DNA of 64,000 nucleotides from an uncultured Gammaproteobacteria bacterium (GTDB lineage: Bacteria > Patescibacteriota > Patescibacteriia > UBA9934). Both the position numbers and the translations under genes were made by a program. The notes beneath the pieces were generated by a model. It had not been told where the DNA came from, made no database searches, and saw only the letters and a list, made by a program, of their open reading frames with translations. Position 1 is the first letter of the stretch. Each line of letters begins with the position of its first letter. Of this stretch, positions 46,826 through 58,013 are shown one piece after another. The DNA lies in assembly GCA_964452565.1 (NCBI GenBank), contig CAYVLY010000002.1:22661-86660 (forward strand), given 5' to 3'.

Positions 46826-49800
46826 TTACTCTTCAACTGTTATAAATCCATCATAGTAAATCCACGGATCATAGCCTGCATAAAATTCTGGGTAGTAGTC
46901 ATAGCTGCATTCACTGTCAGATGCCTGACTGCTCAAATCTCCATACGCGTCAAAGCATCCGGCTTCGTCGCAAACTCCAGCGCACCATCCCCAGTTGTCT
47001 CGGACATGAACACGTGGTTGATAGATACATGATTCACCGTCATTGCTACATGGGCTGTTTGTTAAGTTGCCATTGTCATCAGTAACACACACTGGCAATC
47101 CACCTGGATCTGTACATCGATATGAGTGCTGGTATAAGAAGTAGTTTGGATCACATGAATCTCCAGTAAGCCCCCACTCTGTATCAAGACTACACTTAGA
47201 TAGTACTGTAGTATCCTCCTCGCCACCATCAGTACCGTCTTGCAAACCACGGTGGTTTTTATAGTAGTTCTCGTCATCATCAGATCCTGACTCATCACCA
47301 TCCCCCCAATCCACAATCACCCTTCGAAGCGGCAGCTGATCCTTATCTGCTGCAGCATAGAACTTGATAGTTGCACGGTAGAATCCTTCACTACCCTCTT
47401 GGTCTCCAGTGCTTTGGTTGTTCAATGTGATGGCACTCTCAGTTCCCTCTGAACAATACCGAGCTCCACAATCATCAGAGTCTACTGCCCAAACAGTCGG
47501 AGGTGTGCCAGTGTCACGAATATCATAATCATATTCGGTGTAATCCGTTGTATCATAGGTTGGATCTCCAACATCTGACAGATCAGATACTGCGGTATAA
47601 ACATCGTTATCATCGATATTACCTGGCCAAGTCCACATACTTCCCAGTCCGAGAGGATTTGCAAACAACTGGTTTATACGATCAAACACATCGTCCAAAT
47701 CCTCTGAATTCGTATCCCATGGAGTTGCCTCGCTCGCATCCGGAATGTACTCAAAGTAGATATATGATCTCCCATCTGGAGCTGTAGGATCATAACTAGT
47801 TCGCTCATAAAAGTCTGTGGCGTTGTACAGTTCATAATCACATACCTCGTCATTACCCTCATCATGGATGGAAATCTTAGAGGTCTTTGATGTCCCACCT
47901 GCGCAGGACGCAACTATTTCTGGACCATATGAGTAAATATCGTTTTGATCAAAATCACTGTATTGTTCAGGATTTATGGCTGATCCAAATGGTGAGTTGG
48001 TTGTTTCATACGTATATTGCAAGGCGGTCTCTCTTTCTGATATCACCTCTTCTGCAGCTGCATAGAACATGCTAGTTAATGGTGCGGTTACACCGTCGCT
48101 AGATGAACCGGTCTGCAGTATATCTCTACATCCAGGATATGGTGTATATAGATCTGGAATGTCTAAGTATCTATAGCCCTGTGTTCCAGAATCAGAATAC
48201 CCATCGCTTCCTCCACTAAAGGAAACCATATCCCAAATACTCATATCACGCTCAATTCCAAATGACACACAGTCGTCATAGTCACTCAGCATTAATGTAA
48301 ACTCTTCATAGTCAGTAGGATCATCATCACTTTCATATTCATTCCCGCTGTCAAATGCGCGGTGTGACCATATATAATAGTAAGTTTCAGTATAATTACT
48401 GCTCTTCATGCTACCCTCTTGGTCATAGTTCCAGCCTTGACCACGTATTTTACTGTCCTCACTTGATAAAAAGTCGTCATAGCAGGACTCCCCCTGTTCT
48501 CCATCATCCTCACTCGCATGAATGGCGTCTTCTGGAATACACACATATGGACAGTCATTCTGAGCTTCAACACATGCCTGAGCAGCCATGTCAGTCCAAT
48601 TCAATGTACTTCCGTTATCAATGTCATAATCATCGTGACCACACCTTCCCAAGATGGCAAAGTACCCTTCTGGACATGTGAGATTACCTGCGCATTCATT
48701 TATTCCTGTCCATTGATTACCTTTATTACAGCTGCTTTCTATTTCAGCACAGGCAACACCCCCGCCACTGTAACCATATTCATCATTGTAATTCTCACTT
48801 AACAAATCTAGGTATGGGCTCACATATGTACACATGTACATGTCATTGAAAAATCCTGCAGTCTTGTACTTAGCATACAAGTCAGTTGCACCTGATAGCT
48901 GATCAACTGGGAACCATGTCAGACATGCTCCAGTGTATTGATCGCCTTCAATATTTAATCCTGTATCTCGCTCCAAACAGTATCCCTCAAGTCCGTATAG
49001 TGTATTCTCCTCAGTAATACGATCGCAAGTTGCATCTGCCTCTGCTGTAGTTGCATCAGGACTGATACAGTCAGATGGATCTGTACATATTGCACCAGCA
49101 ACCGGACTTGTTGCTGAACAAATCCCAATGAATGATTCAGCCAAGTATGAGGAAGATGGGCTTAGATATACAGATACTCCACCACTATTAGTAACCTTTG
49201 CATATGAACAAACACAGTCCTCAGAGGCAGCACAGGTCTCCACCTGTCCAAAGCCAGACAAGAACGACCGAGGAGTAGCTGCCCCGAAGCCAGTGCTAAG
49301 AAGTAATGACTCTTCCATGTCGGTTGTAGTGCTCAGCGTGGATGCCAATGAATTTGTGTAACTCCACTCACTTATAACACCCTCACCGAACGGACTATTT
49401 ATTTCAGGCTGTGCTCGGCAAGCCTGACCTTCGTACATTGCCTCTTCAAATGGCTCGCCATCCATTGCCAAGAAACATGAACCGCTATAACAGCTTCCTT
49501 GTTTATATGCGACAGATGTGAAGCAGCTCTCGCCAGACTCACAACTCAAGTCGCTCAAATCACAATAATCACCTTCGATAACACAGGTTCCAGAGAGACA
49601 CTCTTCGCCAGAGGCGGTGTCACAATCATCATCGTCATTACATACATCCGCTCCAACTGTGTAACAGACACCTGGGACACACTCAGCGCCTGAAGTTTCA
49701 CAATCATCTTCGTCAGTACATGCAGATCCATTATCTGTACAGTATCCGACCGCACAATCCTCTGAATATTCATCAGTACATGCCCCTGCTATGTATCCAA

Positions 49801-52800
49801 GCCTGTAGTCTTCTTCACTTTCATCCTCTGTCACACAATCTCCATCACCACATTCTGAATCATCTTCACATGGCTCACCATGGTAGCTGGTCCAATCAGA
49901 ATCATCTTCATCATTACTACTTGATAGATCACAATATCCAACTGGTGCTGCAATATCGATCTGATTTAGGTGCTGCAATGGTAGTACATCTGGAACTGAG
50001 TATCCTGAGTATTCTTCTCCATACCAAGTCACATCACGTGATACATACTTGTCTGCATCTAGGACTACGGCTGGATCATCTGGATCCCATGCGCTACAGA
50101 ATGATGGATGACCTTCAGCTGAATATGCAGTGCACAGATCGATTCCATCACAAATTGTTCGATATCGCCCTGCGTCTTGATCCCAAATGGAGTAGGAACT
50201 TGAGCAACTCAACCACTCAGAACACACGCGATCTTGATTAACACTAATTACACGATTAGTGTCATTTTCTAATCGCTCCATTTCATCATATGTTACTGCA
50301 AAGCCTTCTGTATAAGAGAATGTGAGAACTGGGATTTCGTCATAACAAGTACCTGAGACAATATCCCCTGTGTAACCTTCATAGTTAGGGCAGTCCTCAT
50401 CTGTGTAACATGACTGACCTATTGCATAAACTCCATCATCAGTTGAACCAACAAGGTCTATATTTGCATACAAACATCGGCTTGCACATGGATCGTATGT
50501 GGTGATCCCATCTGGAAGAACGATCTGTGAAGTTGTCTCACTGGTACAATCAATCGCACTTACAAGTGAGAATGGCTCTTCACCCAAAACCTCATCAGCA
50601 TGCGTACTTACAACATAAGACGCGCTTGCATTGTATTCCAAGCTTGTGTCGCCATTATCATAGAACAATGTGCATCCTTCCTTTTGTGAAACTTGACCAT
50701 TGCATCGCTGTGATGAAAGCAAGCTATCGTCATCAAGCTGATCGTCATCAATATAGTAATACATTGTTCCGTCAGCATCTCCATAGAACTCATCATCATC
50801 AACATCAAGTGGATCCTCAAATGCACTACATCCATCATACTCGGCCTCACAGTGCCCAACCCATCCATCATAGTCTTCATCACCATTTCTCCAAATTCCA
50901 CTTTCTGTTCCTCCGATTAGATAATCACTGTCAGTGATATTACAAGTTCCATAGTCATATGTGCTGGAGATACAATCTGAATCTTTAGAACAAGTTACTG
51001 AATCATCATCAGAACATGTTCCTGTTCCATAACAGAAATCACTTGTTCCCTCACGGAACCAACCAGTGTAGCTTTCGCCACTAATAGTCACATCAGTCTT
51101 GTATTCACATTCATGACCGATCGGAGCCTTAAAGTACCAAGTTCCTTCATTGGTTGACTCAAACGCTCGACAGAACAATTCATCGTGACTACATAGAATG
51201 TCATCGTAGTCATCTGGTTCGTTTAGATAGTAAACACTTGTCCATTCTAAAATCTTTGAATGATCCATGCTCATCGTCGGCTCTCCAAGCTCAGTACACC
51301 CTGCAACATCTGATGATGAGCACTCAAGATCTTCACTGTAGATCATGTACACATCTGTATCAGCCTTCACGAATGTTGCATCTGGTCCGTAATTCAAATG
51401 GTAAAGCTCTGGGATATTTGTTTCGTCTGAGATATCAGCCTGTGGGATAAACCAATCCTCAAAATCAAACTGACAAGAATTCTTTCCGGCAATAATTGTA
51501 CAAAGCTCAGGCGAGTCTGTTTCAAATGCTGTACGACCAGAATTGGCATACATATAACAACTTGTACGATCTGTAGCATAGTCTGCCTCACCATCGCCGC
51601 CATCTTCTACATCAAGGTTGTAGCAAGTCGCATTGTAAACAGCCACATACTCAGAATCTGACTGCTCTGTTGTGTAGTAATCAGTACACCCCACTGCATC
51701 TGACTCACACAAATCACGGAATGATCTTAGATAGTAGGTTGTGCCATTTTGATCCATATACTCCTGACATCCAAGATGGAATTGAGCAGAAGTCTCACCT
51801 TCCCATGACTGATCACACTCACCTGGAGTAGTCCATGAATCTTTGATGAGGGTTAGCTCGTCCTCACCTTCGCGCAACGTAACATTATCAATATAGAAAT
51901 CTCCGGTTGAATCTGGGACAAACGCCAAGACAGAACCAGCTCCAAAGGCTGAATAGTCATTAGCGTTCATATCAAACGGACCAATAGAGTAATAAGTCCA
52001 TTCGCTTGTAAGCTCAGCACTTGGCACTGAACCATCAACTAATGAATCAATGCTAATTGATGAAGTTGCTTCTATATCAAATCCAACCTGGACATCTGTA
52101 TCTCCCTTTGCCCAGAAAGTTAATGTATAAGTCTTATCAGTGTAAAGCTCATTTTCAAGTGTTCCGCAGTACTGATCTTCATATGAAACAGTACAGCTGC
52201 CGCCCAAAGTTCCGGTTGATGAATCACATCCAGCCTCGGTCGCACAGGCTGATCCATAATCATATATGTGACTCCATACAACCTCACCTTCTGACTTTAA
52301 TGAGTGTCCATCCACTGCAACTGATTCGTTTGAAAGTGTAACAGCGCTTGCGCTATCTGCCTCCCAATTTATTAATGATCCTGTTTCAAATAGATCTTCA
52401 AGTACAAGTCGACTGTTAGCACTGCGTCCACCTGTAAATTCTCGACAACCATTTACTGAATCTGAACACTCTGTACTTTCTACGTTGTATCCATAGAATC
52501 TACAGAATGCTGCACTAGAATCATAATATCCAGCAGCTGCATCACACGCTGCCTCCCAGTCAGTTGCGTCCTCGCCCACCAGATCTGTTAGCCGATAAGA
52601 AACACATGAATCGTTGATTGTAACTGTGTCATCCCAAACGCGGTAGTGGATACCTCCTCGAGTGTCATAGAACTCTCTACACTCAGGGTTTGTGAGAATG
52701 TCTGTGTGTTCATCACAGTCTTCATTGTCTGTATCAATTACTGCATCTCCATCAGCATCATCAGCACAGGAAACTCCATCTACACCCGTGACCCAATTAG

Positions 52801-55800
52801 TACAAGGCGCTAGGCCAGGCCGTGTGTCAGTCTCACCGCTAGTTGCATATGTATAGTTATAGTAAGCACCATCATCAAGGTCTGATTCGATTAGTCGCCA
52901 AGTTCGAAGCTGATAGCCTTCCTCATCTGATCCTTCCCATGTGTAGAAGGTCGCTGCCTGATCTCCTGAGACATTTGCGCGTGCCTGACTTTCAGTCACG
53001 CAAGTTCGTAAGTATGTGTAGTACTCCAATCCCTCAGTGTCTAGATTTGTGAATTCTGTACATCCAACATCGCTTTCAGTACATGCTTCTGCGCTTGATG
53101 GAATAAAGTAAAGTGGGAAATCACCATAAGGCTCATATGTTGTAGCCTCCTGTCGATACGTGTCATATCCATCACAAGAACTTGGGCATTGATCTACCAA
53201 GCTCACAACCGCAGTCACACTTGGATCGCCATTAACTGGAGTAAACTCGCCACAGCCCGCATCCTGCTCAGAACACATGGTTGCATAGCTTGCACAATCT
53301 GCAGCATCATCATCTGAACCAGTACATCCAAGATAGTCAGGAGCGACCTTCATGTAAACAGACGATAGTTCCTCGCTATAACCATCAGCATATGCATCGG
53401 TGTCAGCGTCCTGCTCAAGCATGATGTCATCCATATAAACATCAACCCCCTCCAATGTGAGCTTAGCGTAAATGTCTAAAGATCGATCAGTAAGCGTTGG
53501 TGTTGTAAATATGCACTCAAAGCGGCTGTAACTATCCGAATCATTCGGATAAAACTCTATACTAATCTCATCCCCTGATGCGCTACATGTGATACTACAA
53601 TCATCACCAGTACAACTTTCATTAACGCTCTGATTCGTCATCGTTAGCGCATTACCCCCCTCATCTGCAAATGAAAGTGTTGCATATCCCTGATCACCAG
53701 CTAATGCATAACCATAAAATGATAATGCGTAGTAACGAGTCTGATTAAGAACAATGCCATACCGCTCAACCATCTCTCCGCTATTATCCATAATATGCAG
53801 CGCATCTGCTCCTGACCGTACATAATCGCCATCTGTGTCGTAAATATCAGTACCACTTATCACCCACCCATCTGGATGGCCATCTTCATCTTCATCGGTT
53901 TCAAAGCTTGAGTTTGAAAGAATGTTAAGCGTGGTCTCTGAACCTCGCGAGTAAAGCTCCTCACATCCAGCATCTTCTGACTCACAGGATTCAACCTCAG
54001 AATTAACATAAAGTCGATTTTGATAAGCATCAGTCTCCTCATCAGCAGATTCAACATTAATAATTGTAGGCCAGTCGTAAACATCGTCAGTATCTTCCTT
54101 TTGTGTTGCATACCACATGCATCCCATGTTTGATGCGCTACAATCACCGTAATCAATTGTATTTGTTAAAAAGTCCACTGTGATGCCAGCTTGATTCTCA
54201 AACGACATACAGCTCGCATAGTGCTCTGGACATTCTGATCCGCGGAACTTCCACGTGTTTTGCTCGCGCACACAATAGCCATAGCCTCCATCACAATTTC
54301 CATTTGTGTCTTCTGAGATACAACTTTGAATATCAACACACTCCTCTGCTCGCTGGTCTGTTCCTGGAGCAGACAAAATCTGACCATACGCCAGTGTGCG
54401 ACATTGTGTCTCTGGAAACTTAAGAACCCAGTTTGGATCAACCAAGTGACACCATGGATGCTCATCATCAAGTTCACCGTCACTATTACATGAGTAGAAT
54501 CCATCTATTACCTCCTGCAATGTTACTGGATCTGTTTCAGAGTTGTGATCTGACTCTGCTGCCATCTCCCAACCAATTGAGATGATTCGCGCCTTTCGCA
54601 ACTTAACGATGTTGCTATGACAGAATCCATAGGTGTAACACTTTGGATCTTGGTTACGAGCTGTATCAGCTGAAGGAATTAAAGGCCAACCGCCGTCGAC
54701 ATAGCCCTCATCAATTGCATCCTGCAAGGTTATAGTGTTCCCTGCCCTTGAAAGTGCAATGGCTGATACAAAAGATGAATCAATCGCACAGTTATATAGT
54801 TGAGCAGATGCCCCACGAGAAACTGACGGACAAGTTGCAAGCTCAGACAATAAACTATAATCAGTAATCTCAAGTGGCTTAAATGCTGTAACGCTCTTAA
54901 ATATCTCTGCAATGCGACTACGTGAATACTCAAAAGAGCTATCTGGATCAAATGGGTCAGAATCATCAAACACAATATCTTCAAAAAGCCCGCCTTGGAT
55001 TTTGTTCATCAACTCTGAGAACAGTGTGTTTGTAAAAATGGTTCCTGCGTTTATTCCGATCGAAATCAATGTGTCTGAGTTTGACATCAGTGCAGTGCTC
55101 AAATTAAATGGTAGTTCCTTCTGAATCTCCATTGCCGTTTCAAGTTCATCTCTAACCATCCCAGCTGAGGTTTCAATCTGACCAGTAATATAGTGTTCAA
55201 TTGCAGAAAAGCCATCATTGGCAATAAGTGAAGTCTCTTCAGTCTGTGCCTCACTAAACGACTGGATTACTGCATACATTTGCAACTGAGTTACAGCTGA
55301 CATCTCGTTTACATCTGGATCAAATGCTTCTGACATTACTGAAAGTACCATTGCAGTCTTTTCCTCAGGCTCTAACTCCTCTGCACTTAGGGATGCGAGA
55401 TATGCTGACCAATTATCTTTAATGCTTGGATATTCAAAACTAATCTCAGGCGCTACTGCCATGCCCTTTATACCTTGGCGAATTGCCTGCAAGACTTCTG
55501 GATCTGTTGGCAGATAAATATTCAGAGTTGGGAACATCCCATCCTCTAAATTATCAATCGCAACTTCATTATAAATTTCGGAAAGCACTCGTGCTCCAGC
55601 GTACTTAAAGTAGTCAGATGGTGGCAATGAATTAAAAAGTGGACTTTCGGCATTTCCACCAGAGGCTATCCATACAGCAGAGTTATATGCAAGCTCATTT
55701 GCCATCATTGAAAGCAGGTTGACCATCTCAGCCGAAAGAGCTGCTATTAACGCATCTTTTAGCTTTACTTTTACCGTATCGATAACATCATCAGCGGTCA

Positions 55801-55954
55801 TCTGCGCGATAAGATCCGGGCTAGCGGTCACAAGTTGAGCATGCGCTTTTGGCGCAATCGATACCCCCAAACTTAAAGCCAAGAGCACAGCAAGTAGGCT
55901 GCGCGTCAATTTATTAAAAACCTTGCGGTGTTTCATATTGCTCCTAATGATCAA
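46826..55954 (-). CDS. giant secreted cysteine-rich surface protein (3042 aa)
   Basis: Uninterrupted 9.1-kb ORF, N-terminal signal peptide (LLAVLLALSLGVSIAPKAHA), very high Cys/Asp/Gly/Tyr content with recurring CxxDxDC-type spacings. Confidence 0.7.
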   Translation of the reverse strand: MIIRSNMKHRKVFNKLTRSLLAVLLALSLGVSIAPKAHAQLVTASPDLIAQMTADDVIDTVKVKLKDALIAALSAEMVNLLSMMANELAYNSAVWIASGGNAESPLFNSLPPSDYFKYAGARVLSEIYNEVAIDNLEDGMFPTLNIYLPTDPEVLQAIRQGIKGMAVAPEISFEYPSIKDNWSAYLASLSAEELEPEEKTAMVLSVMSEAFDPDVNEMSAVTQLQMYAVIQSFSEAQTEETSLIANDGFSAIEHYITGQIETSAGMVRDELETAMEIQKELPFNLSTALMSNSDTLISIGINAGTIFTNTLFSELMNKIQGGLFEDIVFDDSDPFDPDSSFEYSRSRIAEIFKSVTAFKPLEITDYSLLSELATCPSVSRGASAQLYNCAIDSSFVSAIALSRAGNTITLQDAIDEGYVDGGWPLIPSADTARNQDPKCYTYGFCHSNIVKLRKARIISIGWEMAAESDHNSETDPVTLQEVIDGFYSCNSDGELDDEHPWCHLVDPNWVLKFPETQCRTLAYGQILSAPGTDQRAEECVDIQSCISEDTNGNCDGGYGYCVREQNTWKFRGSECPEHYASCMSFENQAGITVDFLTNTIDYGDCSASNMGCMWYATQKEDTDDVYDWPTIINVESADEETDAYQNRLYVNSEVESCESEDAGCEELYSRGSETTLNILSNSSFETDEDEDGHPDGWVISGTDIYDTDGDYVRSGADALHIMDNSGEMVERYGIVLNQTRYYALSFYGYALAGDQGYATLSFADEGGNALTMTNQSVNESCTGDDCSITCSASGDEISIEFYPNDSDSYSRFECIFTTPTLTDRSLDIYAKLTLEGVDVYMDDIMLEQDADTDAYADGYSEELSSVYMKVAPDYLGCTGSDDDAADCASYATMCSEQDAGCGEFTPVNGDPSVTAVVSLVDQCPSSCDGYDTYRQEATTYEPYGDFPLYFIPSSAEACTESDVGCTEFTNLDTEGLEYYTYLRTCVTESQARANVSGDQAATFYTWEGSDEEGYQLRTWRLIESDLDDGAYYNYTYATSGETDTRPGLAPCTNWVTGVDGVSCADDADGDAVIDTDNEDCDEHTDILTNPECREFYDTRGGIHYRVWDDTVTINDSCVSYRLTDLVGEDATDWEAACDAAAGYYDSSAAFCRFYGYNVESTECSDSVNGCREFTGGRSANSRLVLEDLFETGSLINWEADSASAVTLSNESVAVDGHSLKSEGEVVWSHIYDYGSACATEAGCDSSTGTLGGSCTVSYEDQYCGTLENELYTDKTYTLTFWAKGDTDVQVGFDIEATSSISIDSLVDGSVPSAELTSEWTYYSIGPFDMNANDYSAFGAGSVLAFVPDSTGDFYIDNVTLREGEDELTLIKDSWTTPGECDQSWEGETSAQFHLGCQEYMDQNGTTYYLRSFRDLCESDAVGCTDYYTTEQSDSEYVAVYNATCYNLDVEDGGDGEADYATDRTSCYMYANSGRTAFETDSPELCTIIAGKNSCQFDFEDWFIPQADISDETNIPELYHLNYGPDATFVKADTDVYMIYSEDLECSSSDVAGCTELGEPTMSMDHSKILEWTSVYYLNEPDDYDDILCSHDELFCRAFESTNEGTWYFKAPIGHECEYKTDVTISGESYTGWFREGTSDFCYGTGTCSDDDSVTCSKDSDCISSTYDYGTCNITDSDYLIGGTESGIWRNGDEDYDGWVGHCEAEYDGCSAFEDPLDVDDDEFYGDADGTMYYYIDDDQLDDDSLLSSQRCNGQVSQKEGCTLFYDNGDTSLEYNASASYVVSTHADEVLGEEPFSLVSAIDCTSETTSQIVLPDGITTYDPCASRCLYANIDLVGSTDDGVYAIGQSCYTDEDCPNYEGYTGDIVSGTCYDEIPVLTFSYTEGFAVTYDEMERLENDTNRVISVNQDRVCSEWLSCSSSYSIWDQDAGRYRTICDGIDLCTAYSAEGHPSFCSAWDPDDPAVVLDADKYVSRDVTWYGEEYSGYSVPDVLPLQHLNQIDIAAPVGYCDLSSSNDEDDSDWTSYHGEPCEDDSECGDGDCVTEDESEEDYRLGYIAGACTDEYSEDCAVGYCTDNGSACTDEDDCETSGAECVPGVCYTVGADVCNDDDDCDTASGEECLSGTCVIEGDYCDLSDLSCESGESCFTSVAYKQGSCYSGSCFLAMDGEPFEEAMYEGQACRAQPEINSPFGEGVISEWSYTNSLASTLSTTTDMEESLLLSTGFGAATPRSFLSGFGQVETCAASEDCVCSYAKVTNSGGVSVYLSPSSSYLAESFIGICSATSPVAGAICTDPSDCISPDATTAEADATCDRITEENTLYGLEGYCLERDTGLNIEGDQYTGACLTWFPVDQLSGATDLYAKYKTAGFFNDMYMCTYVSPYLDLLSENYNDEYGYSGGGVACAEIESSCNKGNQWTGINECAGNLTCPEGYFAILGRCGHDDYDIDNGSTLNWTDMAAQACVEAQNDCPYVCIPEDAIHASEDDGEQGESCYDDFLSSEDSKIRGQGWNYDQEGSMKSSNYTETYYYIWSHRAFDSGNEYESDDDPTDYEEFTLMLSDYDDCVSFGIERDMSIWDMVSFSGGSDGYSDSGTQGYRYLDIPDLYTPYPGCRDILQTGSSSDGVTAPLTSMFYAAAEEVISERETALQYTYETTNSPFGSAINPEQYSDFDQNDIYSYGPEIVASCAGGTSKTSKISIHDEGNDEVCDYELYNATDFYERTSYDPTAPDGRSYIYFEYIPDASEATPWDTNSEDLDDVFDRINQLFANPLGLGSMWTWPGNIDDNDVYTAVSDLSDVGDPTYDTTDYTEYDYDIRDTGTPPTVWAVDSDDCGARYCSEGTESAITLNNQSTGDQEGSEGFYRATIKFYAAADKDQLPLRRVIVDWGDGDESGSDDDENYYKNHRGLQDGTDGGEEDTTVLSKCSLDTEWGLTGDSCDPNYFLYQHSYRCTDPGGLPVCVTDDNGNLTNSPCSNDGESCIYQPRVHVRDNWGWCAGVCDEAGCFDAYGDLSSQASDSECSYDYYPEFYAGYDPWIYYDGFITVEE

Positions 55955-55964
55955 ATTACTCTTA

Positions 55965-56612
55965 TTACTCTAATAACTGAAACTCTTCGCTGCTTTCCAA
56001 GTCACCCATAACTTCTAGAATCAAAGCCTCCAGATCTTCATCTGGTATTTCGGCAACCATTTCTGGATCTGCACCAGCTGTAACTAACAACTCCCTAATC
56101 TCCTCAGCTGTTAATTCTCTAATAGCTTCCTGAATGTCTGACAAAGATGTTCCTGAGCTTGGAGTAATCTCAGCTGCATCAGGTGCAACGTCATCAAACA
56201 GGTCGGTTGTCGAAGCTATGTCAGCATCAGAACAATCCTGACCCGCAGCACAGTCCACATCAGTACCAGCCAATATCTCTGTATCATCGTTGTATCCATC
56301 GCCATCTGTATCCATCAAATATGGTGACGATCCATATACATACAACTCATCATAATCTGTGAGAGTATCCCCGTCCGTGTCCTTAAGCTGCTGCTCCATC
56401 ATTTGGATAGTAGCCTCTTGCTCTTGTGTGAAATAAAACTCGCCCGAGTATTCAATGAAAAACGGACTTGCAATGTGGCGGACTAAATAAAATCCTCCGA
56501 GTACTAATGCAACGCACCCGGCAATAATAACAAGCGTTAAAGAAGCCTTTTGTTCTTTAGTAAACGAAGGCTTAGTCTTACGAATAACAATCCGCTCTCT
56601 TGGTTGATTCAT
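55965..56612 (-). CDS. membrane-anchored protein with thrombospondin type-3-like Ca-binding repeats, immediately upstream of giant gene
   Basis: N-terminal TM; DTDGDTLTDYDE and DTDGDGYNDDTE repeats; 10-nt gap to giant ORF. Confidence 0.55.
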   Translation of the reverse strand: MNQPRERIVIRKTKPSFTKEQKASLTLVIIAGCVALVLGGFYLVRHIASPFFIEYSGEFYFTQEQEATIQMMEQQLKDTDGDTLTDYDELYVYGSSPYLMDTDGDGYNDDTEILAGTDVDCAAGQDCSDADIASTTDLFDDVAPDAAEITPSSGTSLSDIQEAIRELTAEEIRELLVTAGADPEMVAEIPDEDLEALILEVMGDLESSEEFQLLE

Positions 56613-56661
56613 GATATCTAACTTCGTAACTATTATACCAAAAAATGAGCACTTATCGCAC

Positions 56662-57417
56662 TCATCTTTTCAACAGTTCGATTAATTGTACCCACTGCTC
56701 TACTGAGAGCTCTTGAGCCCTGGCCGTAGGCTTTAGCTTTAAATCAGTTAGGGCTTTTTTGACTAGATCTGATAAGGCTATTCCTGCGTCTGCTAGGTTT
56801 CGATGTAATTGCTTTCTACGAGATGAAAATCCGATCTTTGCTAGTGCAATAATCTCCTCGGCATTGTCTGGCGCATCTCGAGGTTCAAGCTTCAAAACAA
56901 CAGAATCAACCTTTGGCGGTGGCGTGAAACTTCCTGGTTTAACTTTGCATATTCGACTTGGCTGCGTGTAGATTTGAGCTGCGACTGATAAGACCGACAT
57001 ATCGCCCGGCTGAGCAACAATCTTATCACCAACTTCTTTCTGAACCATGACGATGCTCTTGCTTGGCGGATTCTTTGCAGTAAGCATGTTCATGAGGATT
57101 GCATTGGCTGCATTGTACGGCAGGTTGCTTACAAAAATCCATGGTTGATCTTCTACGATTTGGGCAATATCGATCTGGGCAGCGTCGGCATGAATAATCT
57201 GAGCTTTGGGAAAATTAGTTTCTAAATCGGGGATCAGATCCTGATCGGCCTCGATCAAAACTAACTGATCAACCTCATCCATTAATTCACCGGTCAAAGC
57301 CCCTGCTCCAGGTCCAACCTCTACAACGAAATCGCCAGAACTTAAATCAGCTGCTGCAATAATCTTTGCGACAACTGATCGGTCTTTTAAAAAATGCTGG
57401 CCATAGGATTTTTTCAT
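56662..57417 (-). CDS. rsmA: 16S rRNA (adenine1518/1519-N6)-dimethyltransferase
   Basis: GQHFLKD, SAM motif VVEVGPGAGALT, NLPYN. Confidence 0.85.
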   Translation of the reverse strand: MKKSYGQHFLKDRSVVAKIIAAADLSSGDFVVEVGPGAGALTGELMDEVDQLVLIEADQDLIPDLETNFPKAQIIHADAAQIDIAQIVEDQPWIFVSNLPYNAANAILMNMLTAKNPPSKSIVMVQKEVGDKIVAQPGDMSVLSVAAQIYTQPSRICKVKPGSFTPPPKVDSVVLKLEPRDAPDNAEEIIALAKIGFSSRRKQLHRNLADAGIALSDLVKKALTDLKLKPTARAQELSVEQWVQLIELLKR

Positions 57418-58013
57418 AACTCGACTTCAACACTCCCCTGTCGTAGGATTTCAATCTCATCACCATCAATCTTAACGGTTGTTGATGGGGGCAACTCAGG
57501 AAGATCGCCGCCGTCGATTATACAATCCGGCTTATCTGGACGATCAGCAAATGCATCCTGAACTTCTTTTATCGAATAAGCTGCATCCTTCCCGGAAACA
57601 TTAGCGCTTGATGCAACAATAGGCTTGCCAAATCTACGGGCAATCGTTGCACAAAACGGGTGTGATGAAACTCGTACAGCCTGTGTGCCTGAATGGCCAC
57701 ATTGATCTACAATAGGCGAATCTGATCTTATCGGTCCAATAATATTTAGCGGCCCTGGCCAATACTTATCCATGAGTTGACGAGCTTGATCATTGATTTC
57801 GATATAATCAGATGCTGAATCCTGGTCCGGAATAATCAACGGCGTTCCCTTTTCATCCGGTCGGCCCTTGATTAGAAAAACTCGAGCAACCGCATCAATA
57901 TTAGTTGCATCACATCCAATCCCATATGATGTTTCTGTTGGAAATATAATAACCTCGCCTTTTTCTAGGCATTCAACAGCATGATCTATGTCTTGTGATG
58001 TGATTTTTAGCAT
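57414..58013 (-). CDS. tsaC: L-threonylcarbamoyladenylate synthase (YrdC/Sua5 family)
   Basis: GEVIIFPTETSYGIGCDA motif, 199 aa. Confidence 0.8.
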   Translation of the reverse strand: MLKITSQDIDHAVECLEKGEVIIFPTETSYGIGCDATNIDAVARVFLIKGRPDEKGTPLIIPDQDSASDYIEINDQARQLMDKYWPGPLNIIGPIRSDSPIVDQCGHSGTQAVRVSSHPFCATIARRFGKPIVASSANVSGKDAAYSIKEVQDAFADRPDKPDCIIDGGDLPELPPSTTVKIDGDEIEILRQGSVEVEL

